DNA of 64,000 nucleotides from Perkinsus olseni (Eukaryota): NCBI GenBank assembly GCA_013115125.1, contig JABANN010000084.1, positions 1 to 64,000 of the forward strand, read 5' to 3'. Shown piece by piece: positions 36,785 to 49,298 of this stretch (position 1 is its first letter; each line of letters starts with the position of its first letter). The notes under the pieces were generated by a model. It saw only the letters and a program-made list of their open reading frames with translations, ran no database searches and was not told where the DNA came from. The position numbers and the translations under genes were made by a program.

Positions 36785-37702
36785 ATGGAGTCGACAGCTG
36801 CCGTTTCCTGGATGAGTGCGACAACGGCAGCGGCCTCTGCCACTGTGCTGGGGACCATGGGCTCGGTCTGCTCCTTCATACAATATATGTCCCCGATACC
36901 AACGTTTATGCAAGTGCAGCGAACGAAATCGACGGCTAATTTGTCACCCCTGCCGTATTGCTCAACGGCTCTTCTGTCGATACTTTGGGTGACTTATGCA
37001 TGCATTGTGATGGTCTCGGGTTCGATTCCTGGTCGGAGTGTTTTTCTTTGTCAGACCCCTGGGAGAGTGGCCTTGGGAATTACCAACGGTATTGGTTTGG
37101 CCTTCCAAGTGGTTTATATGAGCGTAGGTTGGGCTGGGCACAAGTGGTCGGGAGGGATTCGTCTTTCTCTTCAGTGGTTCTTTGTCCACGCTGCCTCGCG
37201 CAAGACAACCATCATAGACTATCTAGTAACAGCGCTGTGCTATGGTGCTATGGTAGGTGACCCGCACAGGTTCTATCCAGGGATGGAGCAGTTTTCTTAT
37301 TCAGGTTTTTGTAGCATTGAATTCATCAGCCGCTCCTAGCGACGTTCTTGGTAACTTTTGTGTCATCGTGAATATCCTTATGTACGTAGCACCTTTGGCA
37401 GTGCTCAGAACAATTATAGGTGAGCTCGCATCGATCATCGTGGCGTGCGCTTATCATGATTCCTTTCAGTTACCAAGGACTCCTCTTGTATGCCTCCACT
37501 GTACTCACTGGCTTGTCTGATATCTGCGGTTGTCTGGTTTGGGTATGGCTTCACGTCTGACGACTCGCACGTTATGATTCCAAATGCCGCCGGAATGGTA
37601 GTAGTAGCAGTGGTGGCGACCGGGTCTGGTGGGGATACTCACAACCTCTTCTGGCGCTCGCTCGCCCCATGCTAGGTCCTAGCGCACGGCACTGTGTCGT
37701 AG
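36785..37702 (+). CDS. SWEET: SWEET (MtN3/saliva) sugar transporter, copy 1, C-terminally truncated
   Basis: YMSPIPTFMQVQRTKSTANLSPLPY, MYVAPLAVLRTII, TKDSSCMPPLYS, WFGYG and IPNAAG are present. The final exon reads VLAHGTVS* instead of TM7 and tail. Confidence 0.8.
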
Positions 37703-38467
37703 CCATGAACGGGTGGAAGTGACTGCTAGTCTGAGTTCCGGTCTCTTGAGGTGTTGTTCACTCGTGATAAATCTTGCACGTGCGGAAGTTTTGAATGAGG
37801 ATTCTTCCGTCGTATCGTTTGATGTGCCCTTACCGTGGTCCGACCTCAGATCCTCGGAGTCATCCAGTTGTCGATTTGGGCAGCTTATCGTGACCTTGAT
37901 GCGGAGAGTAAATTGCCATCTGGAACAAGTAGCCGGACAGTTGCCGATGCTCATTATCGGAAACTCGATGTATAATACGCGATCACTAGGCTCGATGATT
38001 GTATAACCAGTGCCGCAGCAAGAATTTTTTGGCCGACCTAGCAGTGAGTAGCGCCATCATTCGACAGCTGCTCAGTCATTTACATTCGACTCTGCTTCGT
38101 TTATCCTTGCGTTGGTGTCATAGTTGCACGGCAGTATTAATCGTTGTGTGTTAATAATAATCGGTGCTTTTCACGACGAAGAAGTCTCGAGTTATCATTT
38201 CTTTGCGGAATTTGACTTTATTCGGGACAGCGGTTGTGTCGGTACTTCGTCGGTTCCCGAAGAGCTAGGCTTGTATTCTCACCATTCTCGCCTCAGAGTC
38301 CTCGGCTTTAGTAGGGCTACACCCTGTCGATTGTTGTGTCGTTTCCTGGCACTGCCCCTTTCAAGTGTATGAGTGGTCACATTTTCGAGCGTTCGGTTTT
38401 CCACACGCTGAAGTGGTTTGGGTTATGGTGTAGGTGTTCCTTTTTAAGGCTCGTCGCTTTTTCGTCA

Positions 38468-39570
38468 ATGGAGGCCGCCTCAGCGGCTGTTGCCTTTAGC
38501 GCTGCTACTGATACCTATGCTGCTGGTTTACCCCTATCCGAGCAGCTGGAATCAATAGCACCTATACTCGGCACGGTCGGATCGGTTCTCTCCGTAATAC
38601 AGTACTTATCTTGCATCCCGACATTCATCGAAGTGTCGAGACGGAAGAGTACAGGGAACCTGTCTCCTATGCCTTACTGCACGACATCTCTATTGTCACT
38701 CCTCTGGGTTACCTATGCCCTCATGGTGGGTCAAATAATCGCATGATGCCCTGCTGAATCGATGTCTGGCCAGGTACCCGGTAGAATGGCAGTTCTCATG
38801 GTCAATTCTATCGCGTTGGTTTTCATGCTCGGCTATATGGCTGTAAGCTCCTTTGGGAGAGTCTCTGGTCCTGGCCTCATGCTTCTTGCCAGGTTTTCTT
38901 GAGATACACAGATAGCAAGAAACAGACTATGGTGAAGTACATTGGCGTTTTGCTCTGCTACGGCGCTGTGGTAGGCGAAGAAGGAGGTCCCCGGTTCGAT
39001 TCCAGGTCGTGATGTTTTTCAGATGGGCGCTGCCGTCCTTTTTGCCGCGTCCGTTGCGAGCTTTCTCGGTAACTGCTGCGTCCTAGTGAGCATCACCATG
39101 TACGCCTCGCCACTGGCCGTTGTACCTACAATTATAAGTAGCTAGAGGTGTCAGTAACGTGCCATCATAGTGAATCCGACTTTTTCAGAAACCAAGGATT
39201 CTTCGTGCATGCCCCCGCTTTATTCATTCACAGGCTTCGTGGCCGCTCTCGTGTGGTTCGGCTATGGCCTGGGCGCTGGAGATTTTCATGTGTGGATTCC
39301 GAATGGTGTTGGCTCGGTAGGAACCTACCGGTGGCTTTCGTGTGATGAGAAGTCTTTTAGGTTCTTTGCCTGGTTCAACTCGTTATTTGGCTAATCTACC
39401 GTATCCCGTCCTCTTCCAAGAGCAAGAAGAGTGAGTATTACGATGACGTCAAGCCTGGCGCCGCTGGTGTGTACTACAGCGTGCTCACCGATACTGACGT
39501 ACCCGACTACACCAGCATCGGCTCTGATTCAACCGTCTGCAGTGCTGACTACGTGCAGCTGGACCCCTGA
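38468..39570 (+). CDS. SWEET: SWEET sugar transporter, copy 2
   Basis: Two MtN3 repeats (PTFIEVSRRKSTGNLSPMPY; MYASPLAVV..TKDSSCMPP..WFGYG..IPNGVG); ends STVCSADYVQLDP*. Confidence 0.92.
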
Positions 39571-40837
39571 TCGTGTCTCGTTGAGAGGAGCTATGCTCGT
39601 GCTACTCACCCCTTCCCTGTTTTGGCGATATTTGTATCTAAGGGAGGGCAGCAGTCGGCCGTCGAACAAGAGCTTCGTCTACTATAAACTTGTCTATAAA
39701 CTTGGTCTATTACTAAGGCTCCGATCTATCCTTTGGACGCAACAGTGCGATCAGCCTCTTGCACCGCCAAGGTTCTGATTGATTCATCGAGGCTCTATAC
39801 TGTCTTTCATTGCTGTACGCGTTTTTCTTAGTCTTGGGTATCTGGATCTCCATGATACACCACAGCGAGCTGAGTGATGTTTGATCACTAGCAGCTCCCA
39901 ATATTTATCTTGTAGTTCAGCAGAAATGGTGAGAGTGGTACCATCATCAACGGTGAATTTCCGTGATGGTGATCTACAAAGTCAGCGATGCTCTGTTATA
40001 CAGTAGACTGAATCGCGCCTCGAACTACTCCGCCCATTTTGCCGTCTTGTCATCAGTCCCACGCTACTCGTCGTCAGTCCATCGTAATGAGAGGCTCATT
40101 CGTTGGACCCCCCTCGCTGCTACGCTTCGTAGCACGAGCCCCATTCTATCAATAGTTTTTTTCTGATTTCGGATGCTCTGATGTCGGCTAAGACGAGCGA
40201 TCGTCGTTGCCGTAGTGCATCTGGTCCTTGCTGCTACTACTACTACTACTCCGGTTGATTTCCCTTAGCGCGGGTTAATCAATTTTGGGAGGTTCGCGAC
40301 CAAACGGTTCGAAGATGATGGACCGTCGCTCTCTTTGCTGAGCATTCTTCCCTTAGACGAGGTATTGGTATTCTTAGAATTGATACTCTCTGTCTTGGGA
40401 GAATGTGTTCTCAGTGTGATGAACCGCAGGACACTGTCATTCTCCATAGACCTTTACACAGCTATTATCAGTGACTTGCTGCACGGATGACTGTTCGTTG
40501 CGATTTGTTGATTATTTGAACTCACATCGACAGTTCTCCTCCGGTACGGCACTATTGGGCCATTACTGGATGCACAGGATAAAATGCGCTGTTGAAAAGT
40601 CCTGTGTAGGAGAAGTGGCATAGCTAAGTGATCTCTGATCGACTGAGCATCCGGAGACAATGTTTTGTGTTGTATTTTCCGGGGATTTGGGCAAATAGTG
40701 GTACCATTGAGGAGCTCGCTGTGTTTATCAGAAATAGCGAAATGATAGTTGAGGCTGAGTTATGTGTTCTGGACTGCGGTGCTGAATGTATTTGCTATTC
40801 GTACGCAGCTGTTGTTCCCTCGGGATATCGGGGATTT

Positions 40838-41911
40838 ATGGAGGCCCTTGCTGACCCAGCCGTTGCGACCTTCCCGACCACGGAGGTGTCACTCGCGTCA
40901 ATAGCACCTATACTCGGCACGGTCGGATCGGTTCTCTCCGTAATACAGTACTTATCTTGCATCCCGACATTCATCGAAGTGTCGAGACGGAAGAGTACAG
41001 GGAACCTGTCTCCTATGCCTTACTGCACGACATCTCTATTGTCACTCCTCTGGGTTACCTATGCCCTCATCGTAAGCCTCATAGATCCTTTCTCGACCAT
41101 TGATCAAGACGAGTCCTTCTCAGGTGCCCGGTAGAACCTGCGTTCTGGTGGTCAACTCCATCGCGCTGGTCTTCCAGTTGGTGTACATAAGTGTGAGTGA
41201 AAACGGGAGGATATGCTACGCGTGAGGACTTTTGTCTATCATAGGTTTTTCTGAAATTCGTGAAAGTGAAAGAGCACACTTCTACCCTTTGCGCAACGGT
41301 GATAGCCTTATATATTGCTACGGTAAGCGGGTGAGCCCGGGTTCGAATCCTGGGAATACCATTTTTACATTATCAGATGTTCTTGGCATCACTCACTCCC
41401 TCCTTGAGCAATACCTTGGGTAATTGTTGTGTGGTTGTGAGTATCTGCATGTACGCTGCCCCATTGGCGGTATTGCCCACCATTATAAGTAGGACGCAAT
41501 AGTGGGCACCCTCCTCGGCGGTCATGGTTATTCCTCTATCAGAGACGAGGGATTCCTGGTGTATGCCGCCGTTATATTCTCTCACCGGTATGATTAGCGC
41601 ATCGGTCTGGTCCAGCTATGGGTTGGCCGCTGGCGATGCTCACATTATCATCCCCAATGGCAGTGGCGCCGTAAGCCCCTCAATCGCTTGCCTCTATCGC
41701 TCCAGGATAACTTTGGAGACGTCATTTTCTTCAGGTTCTCTGCTCCGTTCAATTGGTCATCTGGGTAATTTTTCGAGCTTCTTCGCCATCCAAAGCCAAT
41801 CCCGTCATTGATGAATATGCCTATCCCCCCGAGGACATCAAGTCTTCTAACTACGTTAGTGACTCCGAGTCCACTGTTTGCAGCATTGATTATCTCCTCC
41901 TTGATCCCTGA
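40838..41911 (+). CDS. SWEET: SWEET sugar transporter, copy 3
   Basis: Same exon structure as copy 2; MYAAPLAVL..TRDSWCMPP..IPNGSG; ends STVCSIDYLLLDP*. Confidence 0.92.
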
Positions 41912-43387
41912 GCCGGCTACTGCTATTACCGGCTATGACCGTGAAGTGCTACTACTGTTACTCGTGTATCCGGGTAACGACCCTTATACGATTACAGTAT
42001 CATGGTTAGCGGATGCGAACCCTCCCCGATTCGATCGGCCTTGCCTAGGGGTTCACGTGATGTCTATCCGCTGTGTGTCTAAGATTAACTTGTACACTTC
42101 AACAACCCAGTTTCGCCTCATTAAGGCACGGCCGTCAGCTTCGATGATTACTGTTTTTCTCTCTTCTTGTCACCTGTCACATAAGCTACTCTATTATTGG
42201 AGTGTCTATGTTCCACCTTGTTCCTGTGTACTGTTTTGATGATCGCACGTTTTTCCGCCGCGTGTTCGTTGGCGTTGTGGAGGAGCATCGGTAAATGCTG
42301 CCTTCTAATTTCTCTTCTTTTACTTTTATTCGCTACACTGAAAAGCCCGTAGGAAAAGGACTATACAGCAGTTCTTTCTCCATCAGTCAGACCCTATACA
42401 GATCATCTGACGAGACTCCCATCGTCCACGGATGCGAGACGGTCGTCCATCCACAGACTACCACTGACAACCGTCTGGGCGTTTTCATAACATCTACACA
42501 AACTTTAGTTTTATCCTCCGACCATTATGGTCGTTTCGCACCCCTTCCCTCGTCGGGGCTCGACGAATTGTCGAAACAGCGCTACTCGATGGCCGAGGTT
42601 AGCGCTGCTAGACTCTTGCTGGCAAAGACGGGCTCGAACACTACTAGAAACGGAGATCTAGTTCGTTCTTGAGCCGTCATTTGCTTCCACGCTTACGCCT
42701 TGTTTTCCACGTTGATTCCGATTGAGTTTATCACTTGCAACTGTCTCCGAACGAGAAGTAATGTAAGCGCATTCGAACTCTCGACACTCGCTGTATTATC
42801 ATTCACTGTATGGTGGGGTTGTATTGTATCGAAAAGAATCATATCGGATAATGAAACGTCGAAAGTCGTTGTTCTTACCTCGTTTTTGCGTTCTTCGTTT
42901 CTCTCTATCGATGAATACTCCCATGTTGTGTTCATGAAAGAGGAGGGAGTTGTTTTAGACGTGTCAGTCCGAGGATGTTCTCGGACGCTATTATCCCTAT
43001 CTGTTCCGGAGGAGGATAGTATTGCATCGTATACATTCAGCGGTGTACTATGCTGTCATTCAGCATCAGTCGGTTTGGGCACGTGGATTTTGCGATACTG
43101 GGCCTCGTTTGAAGGATTGAGAGAACTTCGTTAGGCCCTCTTGGTGGACGCCCATTGGTGTAGACCCTTTGATCACACTGTAGACAGTCAATTTGTGTGG
43201 TAGGACGGAGAAAGATTTCCGTTAATCTGATTGTGTGGCGGAGCTAGAGCAGTTGTCCTTCAGTGGTGTTCACGGTTTTTGTGCGGAAAGAGTGCGGGTG
43301 TCGGTTGATCTCTGAGGTGCTGTTGGGATCTTATTACTTCTCTGCAGGTGTTTTGACTTTCTCTTGTCGAAAGGCTTTATAAGTTGG

Positions 43388-44482
43388 ATGGAGGCAGCCG
43401 TAACAGCTTCGACCGTAGCCACAGTGGCCAACTCGACCCTTTCGGCAGCCGCTGTTGGGAGTTCTATTATGTCTGCTGGGTCAATAGCAGCTATCCTCGG
43501 CTCTATTGGCTCGGTCGTGTCCTTCTGCCAGTTCTTCACGGCAGTACCTACTTTCGTGGGCATTGTCAGGAAGCGCTCTACGGAGAACTTGTCCTCCTTG
43601 CCATACTGTGCATCAGCGTTACTTTCTATTATGTGGGTATCTTATGCTCTGATAGTAAGTCTCAAGTAGCGCGATGTTGTTTCCTACTGTTAATCGTTTC
43701 TTCCTTAGACACCTGGTCGCAATTCAATCCTCTTCATCAACTCTCTCAGTTCATGCGTGTTTGTCACGTACATGCTCGTAGGTTCATCACGAGTCGGTTT
43801 GGTCAGGTTTGATTTGTTCGTCGCGTCTTAGGTTTTCCTGAGATATGCCGTTCAGAAGAGGACAACAGTGCTTTATTATCTTGGCTTGGTTGTTTGCTAC
43901 TTGCTCATTGTAGGTTTCTCCTGAAGACTGCTCGTATGTGATAGAGAGTTGCTTTCAGATGTACTGTTCCCTGTTCCTCTCTCACGATCCCAGTGCCACT
44001 TTGGGAACTTTCTGTGTCTTCGTTAACATTCTGATGTATGCTTCCCCACTTGCCGTGTTGAAGACCATCATAGGTGAGTTGAAGCATCTCGCTGTTTGAT
44101 CGTATATCGTCGTGCCTCTCAGAAACTAAGGATTCATCTTGCATGCCTCCGTTATATTCACTCGGAGGCTGGCTAGCAGCGATGGTCTGGTTTGGATATG
44201 GTTTCTTCGCGGGTGACATGCACATTATGATTCCTAATGCCGCTGGAGTGGTAAGTCTAGCGGAGCGAAGCGATCCATGTCTGTCATTTTTGTTTGTTTG
44301 TATAGGTGCTCGGAGCTATTCAGATGATTATCTGGTTCATCTATCGTGTGCCGAAGGACCAGAAGAAAAACAGGCGGGTACGCATTGTGAGCGATGATAT
44401 GAAAACTGGTCATGATGCTGTCCATCACGTTGAGTCTGAATCTACCGTGTGCAGTGTGGACTACCTCCAGCTTGATCCTTGA
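43388..44482 (+). CDS. SWEET: SWEET sugar transporter, copy 4
   Basis: PTFVGIVRKRSTENLSSLPY; MYASPLAVLKTII..TKDSSCMPP..IPNAAG; ends STVCSVDYLQLDP*. Confidence 0.92.
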
Positions 44483-46204
44483 GATGCTTCGCTACTACAA
44501 TTGCCAAGTCGTCGTGTCTCTTGACGGTCAGCCGCCGTCGAGGCATGACCCTTTACTACGTCGTGATGAGCTACATGAACAACTATTGATAATACTTCCG
44601 CTACTATTGCTTGCATTATATAAGTTTTTAGTACAGGGCTTCGACGACCGCCAGCTAATGCTGTCCAACCCCTGTTAGGGATTCACTCCTGCTGCTGCAG
44701 TTGCTACTACTTTGTATCATGGATTTGTTGCTCGTATAGTTCATTATGACGATGCTTTTCGTATTATTATTTATCGGTTGTATGAGAAGAAGTAGTTGGT
44801 ACTGTGAGACTCGGTGTGTCCGAGTCGTGGGTCGTGAGACGATAGCGACGCTGATCTCCATCGGGTGCTCACCGTATCTTGTTGAACTTCTGAACTTTGG
44901 CATTCCTACTATGTGTTATATATAGCTGAGCCCACGCCACGTTTCTCACGGTTGAGAAGTTGATGGCGCGAGGTGTTCTCTTCTTGAGATGGCCCTGGTG
45001 GTGGCGGAAATCAATCGATGTATTGATGCTTCATCGCCCTACCCTGTCTCTTCTGCTACTGCTCTGTTGTCTGGTTTGTGTATATAGACTGTATGCAGCA
45101 GTAATCCAGAAGTAGTCTGGTGATGATTTCTTATACGTTTGCCGTAGTGGCAGTGGTAGACTAGTATTTCTTCGTCCACTGCCTTTCTCAATGACAACGC
45201 GTGTGTATCATCGTGATGCGTCTTAGGCGATGCGCGTGTAGTCGAGTAGGGGTTTTTATCGTCTCCTTCCGTTTACTGATTGTCTTCTGCCTTTATTATT
45301 TAATTCCGTTTTGTCTATTGAGGTACTGCTCAAATCGCAAGACGATTTCGAAGGGAGTGATGTTCATCATAGTACTACTAGTACTGATATCGGCAGTATG
45401 AAGGAGATGAGACCCCTACAGTAGACTTCGTGATTCCGCTCAAGTCGCGATTTCTCTTGAGGTCTATTGGCCTACTGTTCTGGTGAGAACATAGTTCCAT
45501 GCTTGTTGCTGTTAAGGTGGCCGTTCGATTTGGCCTGCTCTACTGTGACAGCTGGTTCTATGTCGTGTCTCGTGTCGATACTCGTGAACGTTACTCCTCT
45601 TCCTTAACAATAATATTCACATGCTGAGCCAGAGTCCCGGACGGAGTCGAATCTTAGTAGCACTCATTCCAGCCTGATAGTACTGATCGTTTTATCTAGT
45701 TTTTGTTCGCGCCTTTTCTATTATCGTCGCCAAGATACTGTGCTAAGTTTTTGACTTACCCGTGATGATTCTTCTCCGCTAGGGTTACTGGTATCAGTTC
45801 TTATCGTAATCCTCTAGTGCACGTTTTGGTTTTGCATCCTCTCGAAGCCTACTTGGTACAGTAGCCGGTGGGGTTTGGGAGAGTCGCAGGCCTCGCGCTC
45901 CGATATACTAATGCAATCAGCGTGGTGGTGGTGATGACCCTGAGACGTCGCCCAGCTGATCTGGTTGTTGCTACTGGGATTCCGCAGTTGCGGTAATGAT
46001 GTGATGACGAGGTGGTCTTATTTCGGTTGAAAACCGATTGAGACACCACCGGTTGTTATGTATGAGGAAGTCTGTTCTTCGTTTGTGCTGCTGCTGATCG
46101 TCGCAGTAGCGACAACTATTTCAGTTTTCCGCTGAGTGTAGTAGTCAGTGAGAGTTGAGTTGCCTATCAATGCTACGATTCTGAGTAGCTATTATTCTAT
46201 CCAA

Positions 46205-46799
46205 ATGGGAGGTGGAGTAAAGCGGCTGATTGTCGCTTGGTTATTCTTGGGATTCGGTCAGGCCTTGAGAGATGATCGACAGGAAGGTTCAGGTGAGCCG
46301 CGTTGCGGGCTCGTCGTTTGTCGGGATTCCTTTGTCCTCAGGCGTTGAACTGGATCTTGGGGGTGGCTCGTCTCTGCTACAGTTCGTGAATTTCAAGGCA
46401 CTCGGCGGAGCTGCAGTATCTTTCATGCCACCTCAGGTAGGATCGCCCTGTGATATTCACTATCGATACGGGCTGCTGCTGATGAGGTATGCAGCACCTT
46501 AATTTGTTCAGTTCCGTGGTATGGCTGGAGGTGCTTTGAACCTTCTGGAGGCGGAGGCTCTACGGAAAAAGGTTAGAGAGTGCCACGACATCAGCGCGTA
46601 TCCGGAGGTTGGCTTTGTGCAGGGTGTGGTACCGCTTATGGGAGGAGGGCAGGACTATCATTGGGTCTGTGTGTGCACTGAGGAGGAGGAAAAGAAGCCA
46701 GAGAAGAAGCGAAGATGCCCAGCCGCTCAGCCAACCACTCCTACTAAGGAGAAAGGGACGCCGTTGGGGTGCATGCCTCGGGCCAGCCTCAACAGATGA
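46205..46799 (+). CDS. Small predicted secreted Cys-containing hypothetical protein, multi-exon
   Basis: Signal-like MGGGVKRLIVAWLFLGFGQA; exons joined by ~50 nt introns; C-terminal ECHDISAYPE..YHWVCVC..RCP..GCMP. Confidence 0.55.
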
Positions 46800-46959
46800 T
46801 GCATGAGACTTGCTAAGCTGTACGTCTGGAACGCTCTGGTTGCGTTGATTTAGCCTACTTCAGTTGATTCGCAAGAGGCACCCTCTTAGTGGGAGGCAGT
46901 GATATGTTCTGCACGGTTCCTGGGACTTCAGGTTGTAGTGATTTTTAGATTTCCATACG

Positions 46960-49298
46960 ATGATGTCGCTTCGCCGTCTGCCATCATGCTCGTCTCCTTT
47001 GAGAGTTGGTGCTGCATTCGTCACACGGCGATGCATGTCGTCGGCTGAGCGGAACCAGGGGTCCAGCAGGTGAGGGTGCGTCCTGTTAGACTGGCTACGT
47101 AATAAAATATGCTGACTCGAATGTGCTTATAGCCCTGTTGAACTGTGGACTTGGCTTTCGTGCGAGATCACCAGTCTTCGCATTCCGGGCGATCGGAGTA
47201 TTGGCGTATGGTCGTGAGGATATGGATCGTCGTTTGAGGCTGAAAATGCCAAGAGCATTCAGGTCGTCGTGGCGGTCGAGGATCCCTAACCTCACGGACG
47301 ATCAGAAGACTATGGCAATGGCTGCTGGTTTCGCTGTAGTCGCCTTCTCGATGTGGAAGTGGCAGCATGATAAGGTATTATGCTGCCCTGGGTCAAAGGC
47401 CTGTGATCCCTAGTCAATAGCCTTTCGCTCGGGCTTACGAGAACACTCACTGCGAGGAGAACACAGCCGATAAGGGGACTCCCGGCGTGGTAGCGGTGGT
47501 TGACAAGCTGCCTGAGGATTTCGACCTGCGCAGCGGTGCCGTGAAGATCTCCCTTTATCAGTATGAGAGCTGCCCATTTTGCCGGAAGGTAGATATGCGA
47601 ATGGGGAAATGTTCACAGCGTGGAGTACCAGGTCCGTGGAGTGCTGGACTACCACCGTCTACCTTACAAGTTGGTCGAAGTTCACCCCTTGACCAAGGCA
47701 GAGACTAAGAGTTTTGCTCCCGATTATAAGAAGGTTCGACTGAGCGGGCTAGCAAGAGGTCAATGGACCGGGCTGCTGATGATGATCAGGTGCCTTTGGT
47801 GACTTTTGAGTGCAATGGTCGAATGGTGCAGATGCGAAATTCATCAGGTGACCGCGTTGAGTTAGGGACGAGACAGTACGTTCCTCTTTAGATATCGTCG
47901 CTGCTGTTGCCGGAGCGATGGGCACTGTCGGGCAGCCGAGCGAGGGCAAGGATATTGTGAAGGCACCAATACCCACTCCACGTAGAACTCCTCGCATGCA
48001 ACTCACCCTCTTGAGCGCCCGATCTGCTTCTAAGTTTCGCCCGACCTTACCGTCCACGGCCGGTTTATTGCAGAACCGATGTTTGATTTTGTGACCAACT
48101 TGGACGTAATTGGTAACAATACTAAGTGCATAATACAATTATATTGTATTCATTGTATAATGATATTCTTTATTTTATTATATTATTTATTATATTTATT
48201 ATTATATTATTTCTTTATTTATATTCTTTCATTATATTATATTATATTATATTGTATAATTATATAGGGTTAATATTGATTCTGTATTCAAGAGCCGAAT
48301 ATGAGGCCTTTTCTTCCCAAGGCATCGGCAGTTTTCGGGTGAATTCCCGCTATTCAGTTCGAAATCTGACAATTTTTAATATTGTCTTTCAATTAATTCT
48401 TCTCTCGCATCAGTTCTCCGGCCAGTCTATTTGTTTGCACGAGGACCTGAGCCCTACCGTTGACTATCCTGAAGGGCTACGAAAACGCTGAATATATTCG
48501 TCAGTTACGAAGAGCATGACGGGACCAGAAGCCGTAGTACCTGCGAAGAAGGAATCGACCGCCGAGGGTGAGGAACGTAAGAGCCTCCAGTGTCGACCTC
48601 GATAGCGTGTTCCACAACAGGGGCCCCCGGTGATGCCAATCTCAGTATCGGGGAGCAATGGGTACTCTGGGCTGACCAGTGCTTGGTAGTGTACTCTGAT
48701 GGCGCCGCTCTCGATATGTGTTTGTGTTCACCTAGGTACAACTGATCGTAATTAATATATATAGGAATCTCAGGGAGTCTATGGAGACCTTTGACTACCT
48801 TCTCACACACAAGGAGTTCGGGTACGTATCTAAGATGGCCGTATACTGGAGTGGTACATTCGTGATGATGATGGTGTCGGGAGCGAGGAGGAAGAAATAC
48901 CACGTTCCTAAGGGGGAAGAGCGGCAAGCGCTGTACGAGGCAGTTGACATGATGGTTGGTCAGATGGGCGAAAACAGGTAGTCGTGGGGCGTGGATCGAT
49001 CGCTAGGGTTGCCGCTTACGAGATGGTGATGGTTGATTTTTACAGCTTCCTCGGCGGCAAGTCCCCGTGTAAAGCGGACTTCAACGTCTACGGCGTATTG
49101 AGGTCTGTGGAAGGATTCACGACTGAGCGACTCCTCTGGGAGAATACTAAAATCAAGGGATGGTTAAGTGGCTCCGAGCAATCGTGTGCCGCATGGCTGA
49201 TGATCAGGTACGACCGTATGACGGAACTTGTAGGCCCTTCGATGGCAGACACTTTTGTGCCGAGAGGTCCTTCCACCATTACCGCTGTAGCCGCATGA
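46960..49298 (+). CDS. PTGES2: Prostaglandin E synthase 2-like (glutaredoxin/GST fold), multi-exon
   Basis: [84 protein letters not shown]. The N-terminus resembles an organellar transit peptide. Confidence 0.92.
48128..48290. repeat. Extremely AT-rich low-complexity tract (TATTA-like units) in a PTGES2 intron
   Basis: Almost pure A/T run (..attatattatattatattatattg..) in a window that is otherwise about half GC. Confidence 0.9.

Noticed and set aside
43412-43432. ACCGTAGCCA resembling the start of the perkinsid/dinoflagellate spliced leader
   Set aside because: Only 10 nt plus a few scattered bases match, and it lies inside the SWEET4 coding frame (TVATVAN). Compatible with chance.
47960-47970. 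Non-canonical GC donor in PTGES2 (AAG|GCACC)
   Set aside because: A canonical GT donor at 47982 joins the next exon in frame.
48126-48491. 121-aa hydrophobic Ile/Tyr/Leu ORF
   Set aside because: An artefact of the AT-rich low-complexity intron tract.
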